Source: Myxococcota bacterium (GTDB lineage: Bacteria; Myxococcota_A; SURF-8). Taken from it: a stretch of 64,000 nt of DNA. Where the stretch lies: assembly GCA_965140415.1 (NCBI GenBank), contig OZ223209.1, positions 4,736,001 through 4,800,000 on the forward strand, in the 5' to 3' direction. The notes below the pieces were generated by a model, which saw nothing but the letters and a program-made list of their open reading frames with translations, ran no database searches and was not told the origin of the DNA. The position numbers and the translations under genes are program-made. Shown one piece after another: positions 29,691 to 39,374 of the stretch. Numbering within the stretch: position 1 is the first letter of the stretch; each line of letters opens with the position of its first letter.

Positions 29691-30596
29691 CTATTCCTGC
29701 TCGGGCGGCGGCGGAGTTACAGTGCTGCCGGTCGCTTTAGTGAAGCGTCGATTCTTACGGCGATTGAACCAGCGACGCAGCCACCATGCCAGCGGAATCC
29801 ACGGCAAGACGGCAACAATCACAGTGAGCAACGCACCCAACGATCCGGCCACAACGAAACCCAGGTCGCGAATATCCTGTAACAGGGGACCGTACCAGGT
29901 ACGCGTATCGACTTCGCGCGAACCGGACACAAACAGGTGCACCGTAAAGGCGGCGAAATCGGTGCGGGCTTTCAAGCGTTTGAAGCGGCCTTCCATTTCC
30001 TCGATGCGAGCACGAGTGTCGGCCAGTTGCCGTTCCGCCTCGATGATATCTGCAATGGAGCCGGTATTTTTTTCCAACAGCGAAAGAATGCGTTGCTCCA
30101 GGCGGCGGGCATTATTGAGCCGAGCTTGCAGATCAACCACGCGGTCGGTGGCATCCTCTGCGTTTTCGGATAATTCATAAACCTTGCCCAATCCCTGCAA
30201 AAACGACAGCGTCTCGTCGTAGTTCGCAACCGGCACCCGTAACACCATGGTACCGGCTAACGCATCGTTGGATTCCCTGCGCTGTTCGCTGCGCGCCACG
30301 AAACCTCGTGCTGCTTCAATGTGCTCCTTTATACTCTGTTGAGCTTTTACAAAATCCGGTACCTTGATGGAAAGTGTCGCTGCATGAATCACCTGCCGGG
30401 CCAGTTCCGTCATATCGCCTGCTGGAACCGCACCGCCACGAGCATCGAACTGACCGCGACCTACTTCCTGCTCGCTCTGCGCGAAATACGGTCCCGGCGG
30501 CAACGGCTCGGTCTGTTGCCCGTCTCGCATGCATCCGATGGAAATCAGGATCACGAAAAGAAGCACCGTCATCCACGCGCATTGTCGCCGGTTCAT
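29691..30596 (-). CDS. DUF4349-like lipoprotein
   Basis: Lipobox SIG-C, RQVIHAATLSIKV, MVLRVPV, EDATDRVVDLQARL, coiled coil and C-terminal TM helix. Confidence 0.85.
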   Translation of the reverse strand: MNRRQCAWMTVLLFVILISIGCMRDGQQTEPLPPGPYFAQSEQEVGRGQFDARGGAVPAGDMTELARQVIHAATLSIKVPDFVKAQQSIKEHIEAARGFVARSEQRRESNDALAGTMVLRVPVANYDETLSFLQGLGKVYELSENAEDATDRVVDLQARLNNARRLEQRILSLLEKNTGSIADIIEAERQLADTRARIEEMEGRFKRLKARTDFAAFTVHLFVSGSREVDTRTWYGPLLQDIRDLGFVVAGSLGALLTVIVAVLPWIPLAWWLRRWFNRRKNRRFTKATGSTVTPPPPEQE

Positions 30597-30740
30597 GTCT
30601 ACCTCCTGTCAGAACGATTCATGCAGGAAGCATACCACGAAGAGCACACCGTAGCCAAGAAGTAGAACAGGCGATCACTTCCGTTGCTATAAGTCGATTA
30701 CGGTTGCAGGGATGTTTTTAGATGGTTCAAGGCTCCCGTC

Positions 30741-32062
30741 CACATCTGTCCGGTTAACTATTGAATAATTCCAACTGTTTACCGAAAGGGGGGGATTTCG
30801 CTGAATCACCATTTGCCTTCAGTACCTGTAAAATGGGGCTTTCCTCGAAAAGTGTGACGCTCAAAATCTGTAGAATCGTCATCAAACTGTGCTCGAGATT
30901 CAGATCCTTTTTCAAAATCGCCACTAAAAGGTAAACTGTTATCGAAATCCATACCTGCGTTTTCACCGCGTTGGCACTGGTCCCGTAGAACGCCTTGATG
31001 CGTAGATTCTGCTTGATCCATTTGAAAAACACTTCGATGCTCCAACGAAGCCGATACAAGTCCGGAATCGTTTCCGATGGCAGATCGAAAGCGTTGGTCA
31101 GCCAGACAAATCGGCTTTTCGATTCCGGATCGGTGTAATTGATACGCCGCAACTGGTCGGGGTAACGCTTGAGGGAAGCGCGATCAACAAGAGAAACGGT
31201 TTGGTCTGTTCTCAAACCTGTGCTTTTATCAACAGGACGAGAATAAATCTTTTTTGTGTGCGTATCCTTTCGTGCTCTAAGAATAAAGAAAGCTCCTGCT
31301 TGATTGATTTTATACATCCGCTTGTAATCCAGATATCCGCGATCCATGATGTAAAAAGCACCCGCTTCCAGGGGCAGAATATCCAGCAGACGCTTGTCCT
31401 GGCTTTTACCGTCTGTAATGGAAATAAAGGTAGGAATTCGTCCGCGCAGATCCATCTGCGTATGCAGTCGGAGCGATCCATAGTGACGTGTAAATTTGGC
31501 CCAGGGAAAAAGAGACAAACTCAAATCGATGGCCGTGGTGTCCAGAGCGTAAGCGGTGGCATCCAGATCGACGCCGAGCTTTTCGTCCGCATACAGTGTG
31601 CGAGCGCGCCGTATCAGAGGTTGCGCGAGATCTTCGTATATACGCCAGTCGCGGTGCTCGTTGGCGTCGGCCAGTGTACTTCGAGATACTTTTCCTCGAA
31701 CCCCCATTCGGTAGAGTTTTGATCCCAACGCACGCAAGGTCGCTTCGATGTCGCGCAGACTTTCCCTGTAAGACAACTGCGCGAATGCCATGCAGATGAA
31801 TTGATCCATGCAGGAAAAGGTACGAATGCGCTTGTTCCCCTGATAGCGGTGGACACAACGTCTGAAATGCCAATTGGGCAAGTAATCAAGTACTTGCGAA
31901 AAGACAGTTTGAGGCATATGCTCCTCCTGCAAATGGGTCATGGAAAACAAGTCCATTTTGCACGAGAACGAAAATCTATCGCAAGCACATTGAAAGAGGT
32001 GTTTTTGTTAAAGATACTGGATAGTTACTGTGGTTTGCGTTAAAGTTAACCGGACAGATGTG
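30741..32062 (-). mobile_element. Complete IS4-family insertion sequence (1322 bp)
   Basis: Perfect 19-bp TIRs CACATCTGTCCGGTTAACT (30741-30759) / AGTTAACCGGACAGATGTG (32044-32062). 10-bp TSD GGCTCCCGTC at 30731-30740 and 32063-32072. Confidence 0.96.
30754..31917 (-). CDS. IS4-family DDE transposase (DUF4372-type N-terminus)
   Basis: TVFSQVLD..FSCMDQF..MAFAQLSYRESLRDIE, ALDTT, MDRGY and the YREK motif YRLRWSIEVFFKWIKQ. GGAGGAG SD before ATG 31917. The stop lies inside the TIR. Confidence 0.95.
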   Translation of the reverse strand: MPQTVFSQVLDYLPNWHFRRCVHRYQGNKRIRTFSCMDQFICMAFAQLSYRESLRDIEATLRALGSKLYRMGVRGKVSRSTLADANEHRDWRIYEDLAQPLIRRARTLYADEKLGVDLDATAYALDTTAIDLSLSLFPWAKFTRHYGSLRLHTQMDLRGRIPTFISITDGKSQDKRLLDILPLEAGAFYIMDRGYLDYKRMYKINQAGAFFILRARKDTHTKKIYSRPVDKSTGLRTDQTVSLVDRASLKRYPDQLRRINYTDPESKSRFVWLTNAFDLPSETIPDLYRLRWSIEVFFKWIKQNLRIKAFYGTSANAVKTQVWISITVYLLVAILKKDLNLEHSLMTILQILSVTLFEESPILQVLKANGDSAKSPPFGKQLELFNS

Positions 32063-32152
32063 GGCTCCCGTCTTGAACCGTCGGTTCTCGGTCGGGGCTC
32101 CCGTCCCGACCATGACGCCAAACGCGTAGAGCAGGACGGGAGCCCTGCTCTA
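32063..32152. repeat. REP-like hairpin cluster with constant loop GCTCCCGT (first hairpin split by the IS; its left arm is at 30721-30740)
   Basis: GATGGTTCAAG-gctcccgt-CTTGAACCGTC; GGTCGGG-gctcccgt-CCCGACC (32090-32111); TAGAGCAGG-acgggagc-CCTGCTCTA (32127-32152). Confidence 0.85.
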
Positions 32153-32183
32153 ACATCGGACCGACATATAAACAATGTTAGTT

Positions 32184-34160
32184 CTATTTCCCGGAAGAGC
32201 TAACTTCAAGCTGCATTCCTGCCAACACCGCCGGAGAATCGCCGCCATTGATGACATGCAGATATACCCGCTCGCCCTTTGAAAGGCCACTAATTGTCCA
32301 CGTAATTTTCGGCACCTCACCGGAAGGCGTTTGCGCTGTCGAAAGAACGGGAATTAAGCTGCGATCCGTTTGTACCTCGTACCAGTCACCCGCCTGCTTG
32401 ATATAGTTCACCGGCTCCTTTTCACGCACATACAGTTCAAAGGCCCAGTCATCCATACTCGGATACATGCCCGTTCTATCGCTACGTTCTATGATCATCG
32501 CCGACAATGTCAGCGTATCCTGCTCGCCGCTCAGATCGACATAGCCCTGTACATGTGCCGTGGAAATGCGCTTGCTTTGCTCTTGCTCGTGAATCGTCAT
32601 GAAGGTATTCCACATTCTGTCGATGGCTCCCCCCATGTACAAGGCCCGGTACTCGCCATTCTGAATGTCCTTGAAATCCTTGGCGCGAAGATCCTGGAAC
32701 AGGCCACGCGCCTGCAAGATTTCAGTAACAGCAGGAATCTGGTCGTTCAGATTTTCGACTTCCATCTGTTGCAACAAGCTTTCCGCGTACATACGGAACG
32801 TCAGATCCGGTCCAAGCTCTTTCAACTCCATCAAGCTACGCATGACCAAGCGAACGAAATCATAGCGGTCCACATCCGCGTTCTGCTGCAACAATTGGAA
32901 GATTTCGTAGTTCGCACCGGTAACGATCAATCCGTCGAATTGATCGACGCCCTGTAGCGCTTCCGGGTAGGTTCGATCATTCTCGACATCACGCATATAT
33001 CCCGGCCCGGCCATTTGATCCAGATACTCGAATAACGTGGTGCGCTCCGACGTCAGAAAGACAAAGGTTTCCGCCATCCCTTGTTCCAATGCATTGGCCT
33101 GGTTGGTCATGCCAAATTCGTCCGCGTAAAGGTGATAGTTCATATCGGCCAGGGCGTAATTGATCAGATGCCCGAATTCATGGTAAACCGTTTCACCGTC
33201 GTAAGCGAAATCCGCGCTTTCTCCTTGACCGAACACCAGCACCTGTCCCTGCAATTCCTCCAGTCCGTAAATCACACCCATCCCGACCTGCATATGCGCG
33301 GCAGAAATAAACATGGACAGTTCCAGCGATTGCAACCGGCTTTGCCCTGGAAACACCGGCCCGACAGGCAATGGCAGACGATAATTGGCCACCAGATGAA
33401 TCGGCACCTTTTCGCCGTTCCATTCGTGTTGACCCGGCAGCAAATCAAACAGGCCCACACGCTCGTCGGTAATGAAATCGTAGATCTTCGAGGCGTGGTA
33501 ATACAACTCGACTTCCGCATGGATGTCGTTGGGATCGTTGGGCTGTGCCGCATCGGGCAACGCCGCGTCATAATCACGATAGACGAAGCTGCCGTTTTGC
33601 TGGCTGTCGGCGCGCTGGTGCATCGTGCACACGAATTGCGTCTCCAATCCGGTCCCACGATTGCTGCGGCCTTCATCCATGCAGCTATGCACCTGCAAGC
33701 GCATTACGCCGTTAGCATCCGGCACACTGCTCAACGGGCCACCTTCAGAAGACAATCCACCTAGACTGACAAGCACAGGCTGCTCGCACACGACCGGATC
33801 GGGGTCAAAGACCAATGCCTCGTTGATTGCATAATCAATTGGCGGCTCGGTGTCCACTTCGATTTCCAATTCAAACTCCTGTTCCGATTCCGCTTCAATG
33901 TCATAATCGGTCCATTCGGAATCCTCTTCGACTGCATCAAGATCCAAGTCGCCATCCAGGATTTCATCATCCATACCATCCCGGTCACCATCTGTTAGAT
34001 CACTATCTGATTGGTCGCCATCGGATTCGATCTCCCATTCCGTTTCATTTCCTGCTTCCAGATCCGAATCGCCGCCGGAGAGTTCCGAATCGTCCGAACA
34101 TGCACCAAGCACCACCACAATCCACACCCAACAGACCCCAAAACACACGTATCGCAGCAT
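32184..34160 (-). CDS. M4/M36-like zinc metallopeptidase lipoprotein
   Basis: Lipobox LGA-C-SDD, long DGD linker, VYHEFGH plus NALEQGMAETF. GGAGG SD before ATG 34160. Confidence 0.75.
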   Translation of the reverse strand: MLRYVCFGVCWVWIVVVLGACSDDSELSGGDSDLEAGNETEWEIESDGDQSDSDLTDGDRDGMDDEILDGDLDLDAVEEDSEWTDYDIEAESEQEFELEIEVDTEPPIDYAINEALVFDPDPVVCEQPVLVSLGGLSSEGGPLSSVPDANGVMRLQVHSCMDEGRSNRGTGLETQFVCTMHQRADSQQNGSFVYRDYDAALPDAAQPNDPNDIHAEVELYYHASKIYDFITDERVGLFDLLPGQHEWNGEKVPIHLVANYRLPLPVGPVFPGQSRLQSLELSMFISAAHMQVGMGVIYGLEELQGQVLVFGQGESADFAYDGETVYHEFGHLINYALADMNYHLYADEFGMTNQANALEQGMAETFVFLTSERTTLFEYLDQMAGPGYMRDVENDRTYPEALQGVDQFDGLIVTGANYEIFQLLQQNADVDRYDFVRLVMRSLMELKELGPDLTFRMYAESLLQQMEVENLNDQIPAVTEILQARGLFQDLRAKDFKDIQNGEYRALYMGGAIDRMWNTFMTIHEQEQSKRISTAHVQGYVDLSGEQDTLTLSAMIIERSDRTGMYPSMDDWAFELYVREKEPVNYIKQAGDWYEVQTDRSLIPVLSTAQTPSGEVPKITWTISGLSKGERVYLHVINGGDSPAVLAGMQLEVSSSGK

Positions 34161-34266
34161 CACAACCTCCACGATCCTGTTTTCATAAGAAATGTCGCGT
34201 TTTCATGGTCAGTATACCATAATCTTATTGTTATACAATATTTTATTACCGAATTACGATTGTCAT

Positions 34267-34307
34267 AAAACCTCAAGCGCCGACTTCCATTGGAAATCGG
34301 CGCTTGA
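34267..34307 (-). terminator. Terminator-like hairpin after pntB
   Basis: TCAAGCGCCGA...TCGGCGCTTGA stem followed by GGTTTT on the minus strand. Confidence 0.65.
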
Positions 34308-34333
34308 AAGAGAATTGAAGAAAGGACTGGTCG

Positions 34334-35746
34334 CTAGTGAGTGCCCTTGAGTGTTCTTACGAGTTTTTCTGCGGTGTCTTTGGCATCGCCCAGCAGCATC
34401 ATGGTGTTGGGCTTGAAAAAGAGTTCGTTATCTACGCCCGCATAGCCGACACCCAAACTACGTTTGCAGAACAGCACCGAATTGGCCCGTTCGACCTCCA
34501 GAATCGGCATTCCGTAAATCGGGCTGCCCGGATTCTTGGCGTCCGGGTTGGTGACATCGTTCGCGCCGATGACGAAGGCCACGTCGCAACTGGAGAAATC
34601 GTTATTGATTTCATCCATTTCCTTCACCTGGTCGTAAGGCACATTGGCATCGGCCAGTAACACGTTCATGTGCCCGGGCATACGTCCCGCCACCGGATGA
34701 ATCGCATAGCGTACGTTGATGTCCATCGAGGACAGCAGTTCGCCCATTTCCCGCACCGCGTGCTGCGCCTGGGCGACAGCCATTCCGTAACCGGGGACGA
34801 TAATGATATTGCGGGCTTGCTTCATCATGAAAGCAGCATCTTCCACACTGCCGACATTGGCGTTTCTTGCAGCGGCCTGCTGATGAGGATCGGCGCCGCC
34901 GACTGCATCGCCGGTTCCGAAGCCACCGAATAAGACACTCAAGAACGAGCGATTCATCGCCTTGCACATGATGTAACTCAGAATCGCGCCGCTGGAGCCG
35001 ATCAGCGCCCCGGTAATGATCAACAGGTGGTTATTCAAGGTAAAACCGATACCAGCCGCCGCCCATCCGGAATAGGAATTGAGCATGGAAACGATCACCG
35101 GCATGTCCGCGCCACCGATAGGAATAATCAGAGTCACTCCCAGGATCAAAGCTAGAATCGTCGTAACCCACAACGCACTGGAGCTTTCCGTAATCAACAA
35201 AACCAGACCGGCCAGCAGAATCAAGATTCCAAGCAGTGCATTGAGTTTATGCTGCCCTTTGAAACGCAACGGCGCACCGCTGATCAACCCCTGCAATTTG
35301 GCAAACGCCACCACCGAACCGGTAAACGTCACTGCCCCGATGCCGTCGCCTAACCACATTTCAACCAGACTGCCGGAAAAGATGTCGCCTTCCGGCGAGA
35401 GAATCCCATAACCGCCCGGATTGTAAAAGGCAGCCTTGGCGATCAAAACCGCCGCCAGACCGACCAGACTGTGCAAGATCGCCACCAGTTGTGGTAAAGC
35501 GGTCATCTCGATCTTGCGAGCGATTTTCACTCCGATATAACCGCCAATGGCGATCACGAGCACGATCCAGAACAAATGGTGCACATCCGAGCGTCCGATG
35601 GTCGCCAAGACGGCCAGCACCATTCCGACGATTCCATAGGTATTGCCGCGTTCGGCGGTTTCAGGATGGCTCAGACCGCGCAAAGCGAGAATGAACAGCA
35701 CCGCTGCCGCCAGGTAAATCAACGCTGAAAAATCCACATAAGTCAT
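34334..35746 (-). CDS. pntB: NAD(P) transhydrogenase beta subunit
   Basis: IGGADMPVIVSMLNSYSGWAAA, IVPGYGMAVAQAQH, IHPVAGRMPGHMNVLLA, IGANDVTNP. Confidence 0.98.
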   Translation of the reverse strand: MTYVDFSALIYLAAAVLFILALRGLSHPETAERGNTYGIVGMVLAVLATIGRSDVHHLFWIVLVIAIGGYIGVKIARKIEMTALPQLVAILHSLVGLAAVLIAKAAFYNPGGYGILSPEGDIFSGSLVEMWLGDGIGAVTFTGSVVAFAKLQGLISGAPLRFKGQHKLNALLGILILLAGLVLLITESSSALWVTTILALILGVTLIIPIGGADMPVIVSMLNSYSGWAAAGIGFTLNNHLLIITGALIGSSGAILSYIMCKAMNRSFLSVLFGGFGTGDAVGGADPHQQAAARNANVGSVEDAAFMMKQARNIIIVPGYGMAVAQAQHAVREMGELLSSMDINVRYAIHPVAGRMPGHMNVLLADANVPYDQVKEMDEINNDFSSCDVAFVIGANDVTNPDAKNPGSPIYGMPILEVERANSVLFCKRSLGVGYAGVDNELFFKPNTMMLLGDAKDTAEKLVRTLKGTH

Positions 35747-35759
35747 CGTTCCCCCCTCT

Positions 35760-36041
35760 CTAACGCCGCTTGCGGAACTTGGACAGCATCCGCTTCGTAA
35801 TGACGAAACCGCCGAAAACGTTCACGGCAGCCAGCATGGCAGCGGCCAATCCAAAATAAGTGGAGGGACCGGTCATTTCCGATCCGGCTGCAATGATCGC
35901 CCCGACGATTACCACACCACTAATGGCGTTGGTCACCGACATCAAGGGTGTATGCAAAGCGGGAGTGACGTTCCAGACAACGTGGTAACCGATCACCACC
36001 GCCAATACGAAAACGGTTAGCGCAATAATGAAAACCGACAT
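35760..36041 (-). CDS. pntAb: NAD(P) transhydrogenase alpha subunit part 2 (membrane)
   Basis: VTPALHTPLMSVTNAISG, NVFGGFVITKRML. Confidence 0.96.
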   Translation of the reverse strand: MSVFIIALTVFVLAVVIGYHVVWNVTPALHTPLMSVTNAISGVVIVGAIIAAGSEMTGPSTYFGLAAAMLAAVNVFGGFVITKRMLSKFRKRR

Positions 36042-36053
36042 GATAACCTTCCT

Positions 36054-37205
36054 TTACGTTTCGCTCGACTGCTCGTCCGTCGTTTTCGCAAACAACGGAT
36101 GCACCAGCGTTCCTTCATGCGCCAGTAGCGAAGCGGCCACGATTTCATCGTTCGTGTCCACCGCCAGATTCCCGTTTTCATCCAGCAGAATCTGAACGAA
36201 ATTCAAAATGTTACGCGAAATCAGACGGCTGCTCTCCGTAGCCAGCAGGCTGGGAATGTTTTGTTTTCCAACGATCAACACATCCCCTTCCATGATTTCC
36301 TCACCCGGCTGCGTCAGTTCGCAGTTTCCACCGCTTTCGGCTGCCAGATCGATAATCACCGAACCGGGCGACATGCCACGCACGGTTTCTGCGGAAATCA
36401 ATTTCGGCGCGGGACGTCCCGGCACGGCAGCAGTGGTGATGATAATGTCTTGCTGCTTCATGATCTCGGAAAGCTTTTCCTGTTGCAGGCGGCGCTCCTC
36501 CTCGGTCAATTCCCGCGCATATCCGCCGGAACCTTCACCGTTTTCGATGCCCACATCCAACTCGACAAAGCGTGCTCCCAGGCTTTGTACCTGTTCCTTG
36601 GCCGCCGAGCGAATATCATAGGCCAGCACCACTGCGCCTAGCCGTTTGGCGGTTGCTATCGCCTGCAAACCTGCGACGCCTACCCCCAATACCAGCAGAC
36701 GCGCAGGGCGCACCGTACCGGCGGCAGTCATCAGCATGGGAAAAACGGCGTTATAGCGTTCGGCAGCCATCAAAACCGCTTTGTACCCGGCCAGATTAGC
36801 CTGGCTGGAAAGCACGTCCATCGATTGCGCCCGCGAAATGCGCGGTATCAATTCCAGGGAAAAACAGCTTACCTTACGCTGGTTCAGGGCTTCGATCCGT
36901 CCCTGGTTTTCATAGGGACGCAATAGCGAAACCAAGTTGGATTCCGGCTTGAACCATTCCACTTCCCATTCTTCGGGAGGCTGGACTTTCAATACGACAT
37001 CCGCCTGGCCGTAAAGCTCCTGAGCCGAATCGATCACCTGCGCTCCCGCCTGCCTGTAAACGTCATCGGTGAAATGGGCGTACACACCCGCCCCGGCCTG
37101 CACGAGCACTTCCAAACCTTTATCCACCAACCGTTGCACCGTGTCCGGAGTGGCCGCCACTCGGCGCTCGGATTGCACAACCTCTTTTGGAACGCCTATC
37201 TTCAT
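36054..37205 (-). CDS. pntAa: NAD(P) transhydrogenase alpha subunit part 1 (dI)
   Basis: MKIGVPKE..ERRVAATP, RISRAQSMDVLSSQANLAGYKAV, GVGVAGLQAIATA. AAGGAG SD before ATG 37205. Confidence 0.96.
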   Translation of the reverse strand: MKIGVPKEVVQSERRVAATPDTVQRLVDKGLEVLVQAGAGVYAHFTDDVYRQAGAQVIDSAQELYGQADVVLKVQPPEEWEVEWFKPESNLVSLLRPYENQGRIEALNQRKVSCFSLELIPRISRAQSMDVLSSQANLAGYKAVLMAAERYNAVFPMLMTAAGTVRPARLLVLGVGVAGLQAIATAKRLGAVVLAYDIRSAAKEQVQSLGARFVELDVGIENGEGSGGYARELTEEERRLQQEKLSEIMKQQDIIITTAAVPGRPAPKLISAETVRGMSPGSVIIDLAAESGGNCELTQPGEEIMEGDVLIVGKQNIPSLLATESSRLISRNILNFVQILLDENGNLAVDTNDEIVAASLLAHEGTLVHPLFAKTTDEQSSET

Positions 37206-37421
37206 GAGAACGCTCTCCTTTCCAGTCTTCGCACCAGAAATATATTCACTTATATATCCTGGATATTTCGCCCGCCCCAAACCTCAGCTTTGACGGGTGT
37301 TTCCTAGCAGGAGACAGACAAGCTTGGAAATATTCCGGTTATCGAGTCGTTCGGATTTCCGGACATGTTAAACAGATGGAAAACGGCTAAACAGTCTGAA
37401 GGATGGAAAAAGGAAAGAGTT

Positions 37422-38195
37422 CTACCCAGCTTTTTTGCTCAGATAGATGTCACGATTCCCCAACAATTTCAATGAGGGGAGTACGGAGTTGGACAGACAT
37501 TCAAAGCTCAGGCCCTCTTTTTGGACGGCATCGGCAAGGTCATCGCCGAAATCGGTAAACACCAGACATTGCGATTGGGAGTCCGGATCCCAGTGATAAG
37601 CAGGCGGCAATAAATGGACAATCTCGCCATTTAAAAGTTTTGCACGAACGACTGTGGGTTGTTGAGAGTACCTGGGCACGGTAAACAAATGGAAACCACC
37701 CGGCTTCAGCACTCTTGCAATCTCGGACAAGGCTTTTAAAGGATCAGGGATATGCTCCAAGACATCCTCTGTCAACACCGTGTCAAAACTATTGTCATCA
37801 AAAGAAAGCGCTTGTAAATCCACAAAGGTAAGCTCTTTAGGCAACGTCTCAGGGTTCTCGGAAAATCCGCCTCGGATCCAGCCATCCGATTGGGGTGCAA
37901 AGCGGGAAAGCGGACCGGTTCCGTATGTATCCAGTACCTTCAAAGAATTCAACCGACTAGCAGCATCCTTTACAGAAGCAGCACCGGAAATCCCATGCAG
38001 CCGCAGAAAATGTTCCACTAATAATCGATTACGGCTGATACTGCGACATTGGGGACACAACTGCATTTCCTCCGGGTCCGACGCATCGAAGGCATAAAAA
38101 GGACCACGATATCCGCAAATGTTGCAGCGTCCGAACTTATGAAGGCGCCAGTTCGATAATGCGATGCGGGAATGCCTGATCAGCTTCTGAATCAT
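37422..38195 (-). CDS. Class I SAM-dependent methyltransferase with N-terminal Zn-ribbon
   Basis: CNICG..CPQCRS, DLQALSFDDNSFDTV..DVLEHIPDP..ALSEIARVLKPGG. Confidence 0.85.
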   Translation of the reverse strand: MIQKLIRHSRIALSNWRLHKFGRCNICGYRGPFYAFDASDPEEMQLCPQCRSISRNRLLVEHFLRLHGISGAASVKDAASRLNSLKVLDTYGTGPLSRFAPQSDGWIRGGFSENPETLPKELTFVDLQALSFDDNSFDTVLTEDVLEHIPDPLKALSEIARVLKPGGFHLFTVPRYSQQPTVVRAKLLNGEIVHLLPPAYHWDPDSQSQCLVFTDFGDDLADAVQKEGLSFECLSNSVLPSLKLLGNRDIYLSKKAG

Positions 38196-38216
38196 CTTGT
38201 TATTGCCCTGGTTAGA

Positions 38217-38337
38217 CTAGGTAGTAGTCATATTTAGCCACTGATTCTGTGATCTTGAGCCATAGTCTTACGCGATCGAAGATCGTGGAAGGCTGTGTGT
38301 CTTCAACAGGTTACGCATGGTCTCCCGGTATTTCCAT
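38217..38337 (-). repeat. Dispersed ~120-bp non-coding element (MITE-like), copy 2
   Basis: Reverse-complement match to 5235-5354, identical 45-nt core at 38269-38313. Overlaps a perfect 13-bp hairpin CATGGTCTCCCGG/CCGGGAGACCATG (38316-38351). Confidence 0.85.
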
Positions 38338-38408
38338 TCCGGGAGACCATGGCACATCATGATTACTCAAATCTATAGCACAAATGTGTGAAAAAGAGCG
38401 AGATGGAA

Positions 38409-39233
38409 TTAGAAATCAATTCCCATCAGCTTTTGCCCATGTCGATACATCAGGCCGTTTCGTCGCAGTAGTACCGCATAAAGCAACACCGCAAAGGATA
38501 TTCCTCCCGCAATCCAACCCAGCCAATGAATCAGCACGCTCGCGGCGATTGCAGAACCCAGGGCAAAGCCGAATACGAGAAACAAGAAGCGAAGAGCAAC
38601 CCGAACCGTTGAAAAAATACCGTTCGGTTTCGTGTCGATGCCGGAAAGCCGGTATCCTTCCAATAACCAGCGACTCATCAAACCGAGCAGCCACGGCAGC
38701 ATGATGACACCCATGCCATAAAGCGTCAATGCGACAGGACAAGTCAGCCAATCGACGACGTTCTGCCAGGGTTGTTGCGCATCCCAGTTTAAAAAGACCG
38801 CTTGATCGTAGGAAAAGAAACGGCGGTAGCCGCTGCCATCCCAGCCATGCACCAGAATGAAAAACATCATGAAGTAGCCCAGAGCAACTTGAAGGTATGC
38901 AAGGTACGGTTTAGCCATTCGAAGCAGGCGACGCACGAACCAGAACCCCAATATGCCCTGGGTAATATTGGTAACGGCAAAACCCGTAACCAACCAGGCT
39001 GGCAAGGTATCGTAGCTGAAGACCTGCATCGTTTCCCAATTGGTGAATGCCCAGAGAAGACAAATGCCGCTGGGAGCGAAAAAGAGCGAAAGAAAAAGCA
39101 GGGCGTGGCTGAAGTACGGCGACTTTACAAGCGTATCCGCCTCGATCTCACTGGGTTGCAATAACTGCTTATGCGCTGCCAGAGCGAAACCCGCCCCCAA
39201 GCCGTAAGACCAGAAGATATCGACCTGTACCAT
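38409..39233 (-). CDS. Hypothetical multi-pass membrane protein
   Basis: About seven hydrophobic segments, GGGGAG SD. Motifs VQVDIFWSYG, WETMQV, GWDGSGYRRF. Confidence 0.75.
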   Translation of the reverse strand: MVQVDIFWSYGLGAGFALAAHKQLLQPSEIEADTLVKSPYFSHALLFLSLFFAPSGICLLWAFTNWETMQVFSYDTLPAWLVTGFAVTNITQGILGFWFVRRLLRMAKPYLAYLQVALGYFMMFFILVHGWDGSGYRRFFSYDQAVFLNWDAQQPWQNVVDWLTCPVALTLYGMGVIMLPWLLGLMSRWLLEGYRLSGIDTKPNGIFSTVRVALRFLFLVFGFALGSAIAASVLIHWLGWIAGGISFAVLLYAVLLRRNGLMYRHGQKLMGIDF

Positions 39234-39374
39234 GTGTGCTCCCCTCCCCGCCTACGGACGTTGCCTTACGCTATTCCGGCGATGTTTGGCAATTGCTCGA
39301 TTGGATTCGGAGCAAGCTTAGCATGTACAGCAAAGGCTTGTCATTGAAATTCAATGGGAGTGCACCCGGATGGA

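Noticed and set aside
38211-38217. GTTAGAC as an integron attC core site
   Set aside because: No properly spaced complementary attC arms, cassette array or integrase was found.
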